A stretch of 56,261 nt of DNA, filler included, from Dirinaria sp. TL-2023a (GCA_051941275.1; 5 parts of 5 records of this genome joined end to end with filler, not necessarily neighbours in it), one strand, 5' to 3'; shown: positions 38,681 through 51,250, counted from the whole stretch's first letter. The notes: generated from the letters alone by a model not told the origin. Translations and numbers: made by a program.

Positions 38681-39657
38681 ATGGCCGGGTTTCCAGGTCT
38701 ACAGCCGGCTATGACGCTCCTCGTATGCTTTTGCCTCCTCCGCTTTTTCCTACCCATTTATCTTTGTTTGTTCTTTTTTTCTTCCTTTGAGGGGGGAGAG
38801 GAGGTACGTAGGGTGAATTGAGCTTTCTTTTCTAATTATTCGATTTGATCTAGGTGCCCATTGATCCTCCGATTCAAGTCGGTACGCCGCCGCTCCACCT
38901 CAAATTTCCCCCCTGTCCTTATGTCATGTTATCTGATGTCTATCAATCTGTCATCTCGTTTAGGTTCGGCGTCGAAAGGCACTCCTCTCACCGTAGTGGT
39001 ATAACAAGACTCTATTCTTCTACGCCCGAATTCGTTGCTGAGATGATATCTTCTAGCCCATGACGAACGTTGTAATTAAATCTGAGCCTGGCTTTTCTCC
39101 GTCCCTCGATGCAGAGATTGTTGGGTCCGCGAACGATTATATACACAACGATCCCAGTGGGAAGTATATGCGGTTGGATGCGCATGGTGTTGTGAAGTGG
39201 GCTCTTCTCTTTTTCTTTGCTCGTTTTCTTAGAGCTGAAGGGTTTTGTTAATGGTGATGTTGTGGTGCTGATGGGCGCTGCATGGTAGGGATAAGAGCAC
39301 CGCGGGCGTGGTATACGTTCATTATACTGGTGTCGTGGCTATTACGCCTGAACTGGGTATGGTTCTCAGTGGACACCCGGAGGCGAAATCGACTGAGTTT
39401 GGGGACGCTTGTAAGTTCCTTTTTCTCGTGACCTGACACCTCGCACAGCCTGCTTTGTCTTTTGTTTTACGCGGCGGTGAGCATGACTGACCATTAATCG
39501 CCACCCAGTTATTGAGATGCGTTTCGAGACCGGGGAGGAAGCGCTCAAAGACCTCGAAACGGGCGTCTTCGTCGGTTCTGGGAGGTTCATAGTGGAGCAG
39601 AACCAGCCAGTGAAGGTGGAGTACAAACTCAGTAAGCTGGTGAAGGGAACCGCGTAG
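38681..39657 (+). CDS. DUF3237/UPF0311-family beta-barrel protein; about 6 small exons, missed as a unit by the ORF track
   Basis: Spliced product MAGFPGLQPAMTLL/VPIDPPIQVG/SASKGTPLTVV/PMT..GSANDYIHNDPSGKYMRLDAHGVVK/DKSTAGVVYVHYTG..STEFGDA/FIEMRFETGEEALKDLETGVFVGSGRF..VEYKLSKL*; GT..AG introns separate the pieces. Confidence 0.8.
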
Positions 39658-39675
39658 AACAAGCCAATCAACCTA

Positions 39676-40149
39676 TCACCCAAGCAGACTCGTCTCCTCC
39701 GTAATGACTTGCCCCATTTTCCCCCTCTTCCCTCTCCTCCACCGCTTCCATCGCTTCCTTAGCCACCTTTCCCCCAGTACAGAAATCCAGGCGCTTAACG
39801 CCAGCAGCAGCGTTCCCGCAATCACGATCACAACCGTCACGATTGTAAATGTCGAAACATGACACCCTGTGACCCGTGCCCGCAATTCCCATCTTTCATC
39901 TTTACCCAGTGGACAGATTGCAGGGTCAAGCAGGGGCGCCAGGACCCCAATGGGGAAATGCTCGTTTGGGACGCATGTCGATGACGCGGCGCACCAGGCG
40001 CATGGATCGTGGTTCGACGCGTAGAGGCAGGAGTGGCAAGATTGAGACCGCCAGCAGCGGAGCAGGAGGTAGTCGTGGTTCGTGGAGGGGTAGGAGCTGG
40101 TGTTGAGGCTTGCGGGGGAAAGGGTGGGGGGTAGAGGGAGGGAGGTCAT
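39676..40149 (-). CDS. Small single-pass membrane protein with a Cys-rich PSI-like domain
   Basis: CWRSQSCHSC..CAWCAASSTCVP..CP..RWELR..GC, then a TM segment, a basic stretch and the C-terminal EETSLLG. Confidence 0.75.
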   Translation of the reverse strand: MTSLPLPPTLSPASLNTSSYPSTNHDYLLLRCWRSQSCHSCLYASNHDPCAWCAASSTCVPNEHFPIGVLAPLLDPAICPLGKDERWELRARVTGCHVSTFTIVTVVIVIAGTLLLALSAWISVLGERWLRKRWKRWRRGKRGKMGQVITEETSLLG

Positions 40150-41711
40150 AGGTGAGCAATGGACTGGTGGTTAAGAGGTGGTCAGGCTGGATGGGAAGTT
40201 GGTTAACAGTGGGGATTGGTCCTGGGTAAATGCATATGGTCCTTTCCGTAAGATTTCTGTCTTGAACCTAACGTTGCTACCCAGGAAACAATGATGGAGA
40301 TATTCTCGCCTATCCTTCAAGTAATGGTCAGTAAAGTCCATCTCGCATATTCTCAAGATATCTATATTGCAAGGGTATTGGTGGCGACGCTATCGTCTAT
40401 GCAAATTTGTAAGTTGGGAATACAATGTACTACGGGACGAGACTGCGTCTTCCTGGTATGTTGAAGCTGCTCGAACCAATAGCTATAAGCTGTATGAAGT
40501 CAATATGCATGATCAATATTGGTTTCGCAGACGGACCATTGAAGCAACAACCATCCCATCGTCCCAACCAAAAGCACACGTCATCCAGATACGTACGTAT
40601 ACACGAAGAACCAAAACAAGCAGAGCTACAATTACGGTACCAATATTAAGGTCAAAAAATCGAAAATTTATTCTGCCTTCCTCCAGCGGGCAGGGTCTGA
40701 GGACCAGCTATACTGGTTGAAAAGGAGATTGAGAAAGGCGGAGGAGTTGTAGGAGACGATCCATTGACTCAGCCCCAAGAACTGTGAAGAAGAGACAACG
40801 AGCTCGCCTTTGCGAGAGCAAAATCCTTCCTAACCGGCCTTGACGAAATCAATGTTTCAAGGGACAGGAATGGGAGCTCAGAATCTTTTTTGCTTCAATC
40901 TTTCATTGCCGGAATTGTATGAGCGATACATGAGGACCCACTGTCATGCCGAGCCTATGCAATTTTCGGAAGTCAACTCCTTCGTACGGATATCCACGTC
41001 ATAAGCCCAGACTATGCCTGGAAAAACATCCAAACTCACGGTGACGGGGATTCAAGTTCTAAGGTACTAGGAGGCGTTTGTGCTCGCCAAACCGGACTCT
41101 TGATCCACTAGACGCCTCAGCGATTAGCGCCACTAATGCAGCGATAGCATTCGCGCTGATGCACCAAGCAGATTGATGGTCCTTCGGATGTGGTACGGCT
41201 ATCGGCCCCGCACCCTACAAGCAAATCTTTCTGTGCGGTCAATGTTCTCTATCGGGACACCTGGACACCTTGACGCAGGTATTGTACAAATGAAACGCGA
41301 GGGAATCCTCAAGTGTAAGGTACATCCACATTCCATTGACGAAATGAGTCAACCAACATCCAGCTGAAACAATGGCACATTACGGGCTTCCATTTGAATC
41401 GTTGAAATGTCCTCGAACTCATATTAGCGGGTCAGGCGGAGCCGTGCCGTGCCGCCCGGTGAATTTTTCCCTAGGTAATAGACTGGCGCACGATGCAGAT
41501 TACCATAGAGTATATAGGGAGTGTAGTCACGTCAGACGGGAATAAAGTAGTCACTCGAACTGGTCGCTTCCTTCTGATTAACACAGGTCGTTCACGAAAA
41601 TAAGTTCGTATAGGTTTAAGCACGCTACTCAGCCCGGACACGCTTGTTGTTGAAAAAGCCAAACATCTTTCTTCTCCAAGCTACTTTTTTGGAGCTGAGG
41701 GTTGTCATATC

Positions 41712-42689
41712 ATGTCTTTTCAAGACCAGAGCCAGCAATATCTCGAAGAGGGTTATGGGCTTGGCCGAGGTTACGCATCGTCCTTGCGATTGAACGTTCA
41801 GCATCATCTTCTGCAGAAACTAATCGGTTACAACATCCATCCTGAAGTTCGAACAAAAGGCGGTCTACCTAGGACCCCAAAGATCGCCGATGTGGGCACA
41901 GGGACTGCTCAATGGCTCATTGATGTTGCGGACGAGGTTCCTTCAGCGCAACTTGACGGCTTCGACATTTCAAGCGATCAATTTCCGTGCAAGGCTTGGC
42001 TTCCACATCAGATAACCCTCGACAAGCTTGATATAACCAAGCCGGTTCCATCATCCCTCCAAGGAAAATATGACCTAGTCCATGTACAGCTATTCTTGTG
42101 TGTAGTAAAGAAAGATGGGCCCGATGCCATTCTGAAAGAGCTTTCAAAAATGCTGAGTACGTGCTCGAACTTTAGAGGGTGTCCCAGATGAGCTAATACA
42201 TCAATCGTACAGAGCCGGGTGGATTTCTCCAATGGGTCGAATATGACCCGGCTTCATTCAAGGTAGTTTCGCCGGATCCGACGCTCAAGCAAAGCTCCAG
42301 TGAGAAACATGTTGAGATCATTCGCGGACCCAATGGTGTCGTTACGAGGTAAGTCATCAATCTACACTCGTTAGACTTATTCTGTTGAATAACGCCATGA
42401 TTTTCTCAGATGGCCCTCAGAACTTTCAAAGCATTTTCAAGCTGTTGGTCTTGAACTGGTCGCGTCTGACAGCTACCCGCTTCGCACCGAGCTTTACGCT
42501 CCCTTCATGCAATGCCACCTTGGTGCAGCCGAAGAGGTTAGCTTTACGGCCATGAAAAACGACGCGCCTAATTCGCAGGGACCATTGTTCAGGGAGCTCT
42601 TAAGAGACACTTATAGAGAATGCCAAAGTGGTGTCACTATGGCCGAAAGCCCGGTGGTGGTAGTTGGGAGAAAACCAACCCTCTATTGA
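41712..42689 (+). CDS. Class I SAM-dependent methyltransferase (LaeA-like family); 3 exons
   Basis: RLNVQH, KIADVGTGTAQW, LDGFDIS, YDLVHV and L/KPGGFLQWVE across intron 42157-42212; second intron 42349-42409; ends VVVGRKP. Confidence 0.9.
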
Positions 42690-44257
42690 TCGCAGGAGTA
42701 TATCCATGGATCACCCACTCGTGCTCCCCAACGACCTCGCACATAGTCGGATCATAATTCAATGACTCGATTTATCTTAGCATGCCAATCTATGTGACAA
42801 CCATAATCATATCACGAAGCAACTCAAATTTTCCTGATCCACGCTAACAAAAGATGAGCTTCGTGTGTCAAAAGCCCAATACAAACAGGATGATCGAGTT
42901 TTTTTTCTGCCTCTTTTTTTTTTTCTTTTTTTGAGACATTAGTACCATCGTTTGGAAAACTCGAACAACGTGAAATCAGCCAATGTCAAATCATGAACAA
43001 CTGTTCGCGCTGAAAAGCTGATAGTCTCGTAGCCATTAACCTTCTGCTTCTTGTGGGAACATTTCTGGCTAGCAGCCGAGTTGCTCACAAATGATGATAC
43101 GGCGGTGGTTGAGCAAAATGGAAGTGGAGTAAGGATATGTTAGTGCTTACGTCTGTAGAGCATATTCTTCTACGCATTTTAGAGTTGGGCATCCGTTCAG
43201 TGTCGATTCTGTGTTTTTTGGAAAGACATGAAACAACATTGCTTTGTGACATAAGTCAAGACTCCGCTGCACATTGCATGGGGCAAAGGTTTTCCAGAAA
43301 ACAGACAGTATCGTACAGGATTTCTTGGATTTGACTCATGCTCAACTTGCATCCGAGATGCTTATATTCTTGATTTCCTACATCCTGAGGGACATTATGC
43401 GCTCAAGAAGACTCCACATCGCGATTTGATGCGTCAGCGTCTGCGAGCAATAAACAGAAAGTAAAGTTAACCACCCCCCTTCAAACAAATCCCTAAATCC
43501 CTCCCATCCAATCTCCCCACCAAAAGGATCTCCAATCTGTGCGCTCCAAACCCACCCATTATGAAATCCCCAACGAAATCCACTCCAAGAAACTCCAATC
43601 ACCTCCCCTTCTTCTTTTCCATTCATTCCCCTTTCCCACCATTCCTCCTTTCTCTCCATCTCCCCCAATATCCCGCTCCTCAATCCCCTTCCCCACCCCT
43701 CAATACATGCTCCAAATAGTACCCATCTACCGTACTTCCATACGCAAAATCATCCCAAAAAGCTCCCACAACTCTAATTTCCGTACCGCAAACAATCGTT
43801 CGGTTATAGATATACAGTCTGGAGGTGCACTAGATCTCGGATGATCAACTTTTATGTTTCGTTCTTCTCTTTTGGAGGTTCATGAAGTCGGAGGGGAGTT
43901 TTGTATTGAATGAGAGAAAATTAGATTATGAAAATAAAACGCCGAAGATGAAGAGAAGAGAGCTGATGGCTATTGAGCTGCTGAGCTCCTCTTCAATAAT
44001 GAAATTGAGATGAGCCACCGGCTTTAGATTCTACAAAACAGTGATAGAGCATTGGCATGAGTAGTGGAACTTTTGCTCTTCATTTTCTATTTATTAGCTT
44101 CCTTTCGGTACACGAGGGACTTAGCAGATCAGAGCTAGGTCCCTGGATAAAAATCAATCAAATACATGAGAAGGCAGGTATATAAGACCTCTCCTATACC
44201 CGTCAACATAAAAAGCAAATACCCGTAAGGCGTCAGAGTGATAATATTAAATAAACC

Positions 44258-44665
44258 TTTTTTTTTTTTTTTTTTTTTTTTAATTCTTACTCGATTCAAT
44301 ACCCACAAGGGGCCTATGCGAGATCTATATACTTATATCGGCGGCGCGTCAGCGCTGCGTCGACTCTTTCCTTGTTACGTGCAGTTTTCTCTATCCATAA
44401 TACTAGGAAATCCTCCATGCGAGGACTCTATGGGTCTAAGGATCCGAAGGAAGAGCAGTCGCCTGAAACTGACTGAGTAGACCAGTGGATAAGATCATGC
44501 GTATCGCCGCTGTGGCACCAGCGACGCTACCGAGCAGCTTCCTCACATCTGTGGTGTTATTCGTTCTTCGTTGCATCTCTAGTCTCTCCTGCCTCCACGT
44601 AGGACACGTTAGTAGCACGTGTCTGACTGTCATGCGACCTTGTCCGCAGTCGCAGATCTTTACGG
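44258..44665 (-). mobile_element. 5'-truncated non-LTR retrotransposon (Tad1-like LINE) 3' end with poly(A) tail
   Basis: The minus strand encodes the ORF2 C-terminal CCHC knuckle CDCGQGRMTVRHVLLTC..AIRMILSTGLLSQF (stop at 44436), then about 150 nt of UTR and an A24 tail (T-run 44258-44281). No clear target-site duplication. Confidence 0.85.
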
Positions 44666-44994
44666 TTATTATTGATGATGAAGATTCATTAAATTTTTTA
44701 TAGTTTTATTGTCTGGCGTATCATATTCGAAACCGGCCGTCTCTTTTTTCAACAAGCAAGCAAACCTAAAAAGCTCGAAAAATGAAGAAGAAGAAATGAG
44801 AAGAATGAGTTTTGAGATGCAGTGAATGGATGAACTAAGTAGTAAGTAGAGTTACATAGGGAGGTAGATGGGATGAGATGTGTGTCTATGTGTCTTTTCA
44901 ATATATGTTTGTAAATAAGCAGTTTTTTGAGGGGAGTAACAAAAGAATTGATAGATTGAGGGAGGGGTTGAGTCAATTTAGCATGCATGGAATC

Positions 44995-45094
44995 NNNNNN
45001 NNNNNNNNNNNNNNNNNNNNNNNNNNNNNNNNNNNNNNTTAATTAATTAANNNNNNNNNNNNNNNNNNNNNNNNNNNNNNNNNNNNNNNNNNNN
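44995..45094. other. Artificial contig spacer
   Basis: N44-TTAATTAATTAA-N44. Confidence 0.99.
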
Positions 45095-45419
45095 GCACCC
45101 TCTCCGGTCCTCCACCCTATCCCCATCCCCAACCCCATCACCAAAACCACGCCGCCGCTCCACTATGCGCCGTACACCGCGCTCCCAGCGCCAGAACGAA
45201 GAAAAAGAACGCCGCCATCGCGAAGAAGAAGAGCAGCAATATGAAGCGAAACGCGCGATCGAGATCCAAGAGGCGCTGCAGAGGAAGGAGGAGGCGAAGA
45301 GGGATGCGGAGCGCAAACGCGAGGTGGAGGAGAAGATTCGACGGAGGAGGGAGGAGTATGAGATCTGGAAGGAAGGGGTCGGGATGGAGAAGTGGAGTCG
45401 GTATTGTTGGAAGGGGTGA
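45095..45419 (+). CDS. Probable 3' end of a gene with a charged coiled coil (5' part off-contig)
   Basis: E/R/K-rich open frame ending at TGA 45417-45419; no family recognised. Confidence 0.4.
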
Positions 45420-46317
45420 GGGGGGAGAGGGTAGATTTTAAAGGATGAATGTTTCAATAAATCGGGTCTTTTTTTTTTTGTAAAACTAAGGTGCGTACGA
45501 GTACTGCATCACATTAGCATTCAGTTCTCCCAACCTTAAGAAATACTCATTAAACCCTGAACGGCAACCCCCTGACCGCGACCAACGTTCTGCACCAGCA
45601 ACATCATCACAAACAATAACGTCAAACAGAACGTTTGCATACTTTGAAACCCCAGAAAAAAGCCCGTCCGCCGTAGCGGCGCAAGAAAATCCTTTCCATT
45701 CAGTACAACAATAGCTAGATTCCTCTGAATCTCAATACGCCACACCGCATTTGTATGCTGGTTCGGCTCGTTTTGGGCTGCTGTTGCTGCGGGATATGTG
45801 TGAGTGGGTGGAGAAGGTAATATAGGAGGCTCATTCGTGGTAGGTGGGGGAGAGTGGGATGAGGAGGGGAAGATGTTTCTTTAAGAAATATTTCTCTTAT
45901 GGTACGGAGGGTATTTTGAGGGACCGAGAAGGGGAACGCTCTTTCCAATGTAAAATAAATCATGCAGATTCTGCCGCAGGGGAGATTGACATTAGCCTGA
46001 GATGTATTTATTTTGAAATCTTCCTTTGCGCACCAGATGAGCGTGATGAGAAATGTATGTAAAAAGGTTTTTTTTTTAGGTGTTGTTTTTAATGTAGCTC
46101 ACAGACTTTGTCAGCTAGGTGCATCAGCCTGAGTTTTACTTATTATTCTTGAGCAAACCCGAAAAAAAAAAAAAATAAAAAAAAATATGCCGCGGCGACG
46201 GAAAGAACGCTACTACTTAAGGAAAGACCTGGCCCACGCAGCTTCTTGACCGCATGAATAAGAACTTTTTCATCAGCATTATCATCATCAGCAACACCAT
46301 CAACAGTATTAATAGTA

Positions 46318-47900
46318 GTGACGGCAATACCATCACTACCACTATCACATTTTCAATTACTGCAATGTCTCCGCATACTAAAACGACGCGCCAGAGCCGA
46401 TTCCGCCCCTTTTGCTCACAGACCATGCAGCCCCTGGCGCGCACAGTATCCCTATCTGTTAACCGGGATCGAGAACGAAGAATGCATGCAATTTGCGAGT
46501 AGCGAACTTTGGGGAGCGCAGGAACATAGCAAGGATGGAGACGGAAACAAAAAGCTTACCGTATGCAAAACTTGGGTCTTTGACCCTCCGGCGGAAATAT
46601 TTGACTACAGAAAGCTCACCCGTAAGTCGTCCCTTTGATTCTACGTTGTTTTTCCGCGTTCCAAATTGCAGATCTAATCGAGTGCCTTGGGACCTCGTCG
46701 CATTCCTGTTTTTCCTCAATCCTCTGAGGAAGACCGGAGAAGGCCACCCCTTCATTGTTTTGACCGAGCTGAAACGCGCGCATCTATGGAGTGAAAAGAA
46801 ACTTGCTGACCCCCAGAATGCAGGCGAACATATTCGGCATATGTTTGACTACGCACATTGGCGGCTGAAACTTGAACGAGTCTTCCCGAGGTCTTTAGCA
46901 TTCTTGAAGGAATATCAGAATACAGCCAAGAAAATTCTCGATGGACCGGCGGATGAGACGGCTCAAGAGCTCAAGATCAAGCTTGCGGGATGGACCAAGA
47001 CGCTGCACAGCGTGGTCATTCTTCAGCAAGAGCCAGCATCATCGGAAAGAGAGAGAGCTACAAAGCCCTCCGAGATATCACGACCTTTCAGGTATCTCGC
47101 TGATTATGGCGACTATCTAGGCGAGCAATGTAAAGCGTTCCGCAACGCAGCCGTGGAGAAAAAGGACAAATTTTACGATGTAGACGAATTTTGCAAAGGA
47201 AAGACTTGGCAGACGGTGCAGGACCAGCTCCATATTGAGGAAGAGCAATACCAATTCTGGAAAAGTACGAAGACGGGCACCATACCCAGAATGCCAAAAA
47301 CGATGGCAAATACAACAAGCATGTTGGGGTTTGTGCTTCAACTTCGATAACACCAAATACGCCATTCGGACGTACGCCAAGCGGAATGAGATAATGCATT
47401 GCATGGTGGATGTCTTCATCAAGAATTGCAATTTCTCTGCTTTGGCCAAGCAACTTTACAAAGACATCAAAGATCTCCCACATGTAAGTTGTCGCTTTCA
47501 GTCGTCCCTCCTCTAAATTTATTCCGTCAAAATCTAATACGATGATGCGTTGAATTTAGGTATTTGGGGAAAAAGAGCATACGTGTATGCTTAAAGGTGC
47601 TTAATTCGATCAGAGATCGATTTTTCCTCCGCATCGAGGACTCCGAGAACCCGATATTCAGTGAGGAGACGAACGAACGACTAATTAAGCGGACTGCCCA
47701 AGAACGCGCGAGGCTGGCGGAGGAGAGGACTGCAAGCAGAAGCAAGAGCCAGGAAGGAAAGCAAAAGTCAAGCGGACAGAAGATAGGGAAAGTGAAGAGG
47801 CGTTGGCCAAACGAAGGGAAAGATCTGAAAAATCGGAACACCAGGAAGATGATGAGATGTGTGACATTGATGGTTTTCTTGGAGGCGTTGGGGATTGAAT
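46318..47900 (+). pseudogene. Disrupted hypothetical gene (frameshifted)
   Basis: Protein-like segments are joined by introns (about 46622-46682 and 47484-47560). Frameshifts are needed near 47305 (MPKTMA to IQQACWGL) and near 47595 (TCMLK to VLNSIRDRFF). Confidence 0.45.
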
Positions 47901-49339
47901 GGACTGCGTTTGAGTTTAGATCTTTGCTTACCTGTTCTCACCCAGGATTGTTGAATCGGCGTTTATGGCGTTGCTTTTAGCTCCTGGGATTCTGTTCTCT
48001 CAATTCGATCTGTTCTTTGACCGAGAGGGCATGTAATAAAGCAGTTTCTGGTCAGACTGGTGATGAGTAGGTATGTAAGCTTATCTTAGGCAGCCTCGAT
48101 CGCGTGTTGAGGTGCACTAAGCCTAATGTGGTTGGCAGAGAAATCAGGTTGCTGTACACTGCCCTCGTAAAACCAACACATTCATGGAGCAATCCTACCG
48201 ACGATTTTATCTTTCGGGCTGGCGTAAAACTTAGAAGGAGAATTTGTGCATAATTATTATCGATGGAATAAAGCTTATGACGGACACTGCAGATGGATTG
48301 ATGGATCAAACCCCAAGTTTGATAAGTGCTAAACCCATCTCTAGCTTCATGATGGCACATGGGAAAGATAGGAGTCTCTCCTCTTCCTAGAGGCTAGTTC
48401 TAGCCTCGGTATTTTGGCTGAAGCAGTGACGCTTCTGCTTACTTGTCTTCAAGAGCTTCTGGACTCGGCGAAGTCAAGCATCCGTCAATGTTCTGTGGCT
48501 TTCCGAGACGGATTGTCGCTCTGTTCATCGTGATTATGGACACAGCGTCATAGAAGCACCCTGTAGATGCAATGTTTAGATATCTAGTGCAGTGGTATGG
48601 AGTTGTGTAAGTGATGATGGTTGATCAAATGCATCTCAAGGTATCTCACATGAATGCTTTATGAGAGCGCATGACACAATAACCTAACCTCTGTTGAAAC
48701 TTCGTGTTATGGCAGCGATCAATGCAGCAATAACAGCCTCTCTGATCGAATTGACGTGGATTTACTCGGTTCTTTAGGCGAGGATCGTAAAAGAAGTTCT
48801 GCGGAGCCAACGGTGGTTCGATGTCCAATGCGGCGGCACGGATTAGCGCACCTCTGCTAAGTGACCAGGTATACTTTGAGGCAGGTCAACGAAGTGGTGG
48901 CCTACTGGCTAGATAGAGAAATCCCTAAAGTATGACCATGAATACACTATACCACCTACGCAATGAACCGTCAAATTTGACACCAGAGAGATCGTTACGG
49001 GACCTGAAATGTCAAGAAGAATAGTAAATAGCAAGTACGAATCGCTGAGAATTTAGACACATACGGGCTCTGGATCGTACATAGCAGCGCGCAAGGATAT
49101 TGAGATCCGAGGTTTCCTGGTTTAACATATGTCCAGGCTAAGACCATCAGAGTGGGCGATCTCAGGATCATTTGGACTATGCCGCGCATTGAAGCAACTG
49201 GCCGGAGACCTAGGAATGGCCCAAGGCTAATAAGCTGACAAAAAACGGGTTTCCAGAATCTGTTTCGAGCGAAATTACCCATGCCCTCATGCAAAGATCG
49301 AGGCTTTGTTGGCGCGTTAATAGGTGGGAATTTTGCCAT

Positions 49340-50496
49340 CTAATCCTGCTTCACATGCTCCTGAGTCCGAAGAGCAGCGACCATGGCAAGCTGTAATACA
49401 ACTAGCAATTGCGCGGACGAAGCTAGCCAGGAAAAGAGAGCGCTCCACGATACGGGCACGAAGAGGTAAAACGGGACTGCAAGTATAGCTGAAACGCTTC
49501 CCAGTATGGCTAAGACCCAAGTCCCAGCCCATTCCTTCGCTACTGCTTCCCGATATATCGGCAACAGCAGGGTCAGAAAGCCAGCAAGCTGAATAATGCT
49601 ATTGAGCACTTGCTGCCAAAAATCCGCTTCTGACGTAGAGCCAGGTGTTGACGATGAAGACTTCAGGGTCCGATATAGGGGATAGATGCATACCAGGAGG
49701 ATAACACAAATTGTTGTCTGGAGTAGGAGATGGCCTTGGCGGCCCTGTGTGTGGGAAGCAACAAGTTTAGGATGATCGGTAGCAATCTGAGTATCAGCCT
49801 TCTTGACAGCATCGCGGAGTACAGCATCATGGATCCGAGCTCGAAGATGACGATGCCAACAGAACTCTTCACGATCCATGAAGCCATCTCTCGTCAATTC
49901 CCAGTAGTAAAGATCGCCAAATGAGCCAAGAGCGCGCAATTGTAACTCGATTGCGTCGATGACTTCAGAAAGCTTGCGGCGCTCCTCGACGTTCACAGCC
50001 GACGCAGTGTTTAGAAGCTGCAGACCCAATTTCACGAAGCGTGAGCTCGAATTTCTTTTGAACTCTTTCGTAGCGCTGGGGCTGTCTATGGAGTAGGACG
50101 TGAAGGACACGCAAGCGCCATGCCAGATCCATAAGCTGCTGATGTCAACGAGGAAAGGCCATGCTTCGTCTTCAGTCACAGGCTGATCTCTTGCGACACG
50201 TTCTGTAATATCTCACGACCAGCTTCGATATTCGTCCTCTCGGCCCCAGTCCATGGCCGGGGTCGCTCCATTATCCAGCCACCCTGTTGATACAACTCCT
50301 TCGCAAACTTCTTGAGCCGCCAACTCAATTTGGAATTTGATACGAGCGAGATTAAGGACCCATTTTCTTGACTGTTGAGATAAGGGCGAATGCGTGTTTC
50401 TCAGGGCAACTTGAGACCTGTTAGCATCTCCTAGATTTCAAGATTACGAAAAGCCTGACCAGTGTTCCAAAATGGAAGTTCATAGTTGCTTGCCAT
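49340..50496 (-). CDS. Hypothetical membrane protein with about 4 C-terminal TM helices; one in-frame TGA at 50213-50215 (pseudogene, unrecognised intron or recoding)
   Basis: Exon 1 MASNYELPFWNT, intron GTCAGG..GCTAAC..AG (about 50410-50459), then an open frame VALRNTH...YRSWS*DITER.. continuous with ORF 49340..50179. Confidence 0.55.
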
Positions 50497-51250
50497 CGCT
50501 CATTGGATAACAAGATGTTGCATAGAACGAGTGTCTTCGCTCGAGTATTACGTCGTTACTCTTGATAAAGCGACAAGTGTCGTCGCATTTGAAATCTGAT
50601 TCCAAGCATATGTGATGATTCCTGCCCTGATCGTCATCGTAGGATTGGCGAGAGCAGGCTCCGTTGCTGCGTCTTGGCTATTGCGAGGCTTTCGCGAGGC
50701 AGATTTCCCCGCTATCTCGCTCAGCTGCAGCAGATGAGGTGTTCGTGACATTTCGCTCCTGATCTATGAAGTAATTGGCGGGCGAAAAGTACAATATGTG
50801 CGAGCATGCAAAAAAGCACACCCGCCTTTCCTTAGACCTTTGAACATAATTCGGGGTAGGAAGGACAGAAAGGCGTTTGATGAACATATCCCAAAGGAGG
50901 TATTCCCATCAATGAGCCGGGGGCATTCCCTGCTTTTCGCTTCTCGTGCCAAGACGCCAGAGGCTTGGCTTTGAAGTTGATTTTGACGACAGGCGCTTCT
51001 TTTGGTGTACATACTCAAGAAGAGAATGCATGTACTGGTCTCGAGAAATAATTAGTAGATATCGATCTATTAGTCGTGTCTGTAAGCACTTCGATCTGGT
51101 CAGGTAATCTTCGAAAATAAGGATTGATCTACGAATGTGTCTATCTACGTTCCGACCAACAACTCCCCAGGCAGATATGCATCCAGCAACTATCCTTTTG
51201 CAAACGCTCTCTCACCAGCAACATCCTTGGTATAGCTCGCGCAAGCCGGG

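Noticed and set aside
45500..45960. Possible GNAT acetyltransferase relic on the minus strand
   Set aside because: The resemblance is faint and needs several frameshifts; it cannot be supported without BLASTX.
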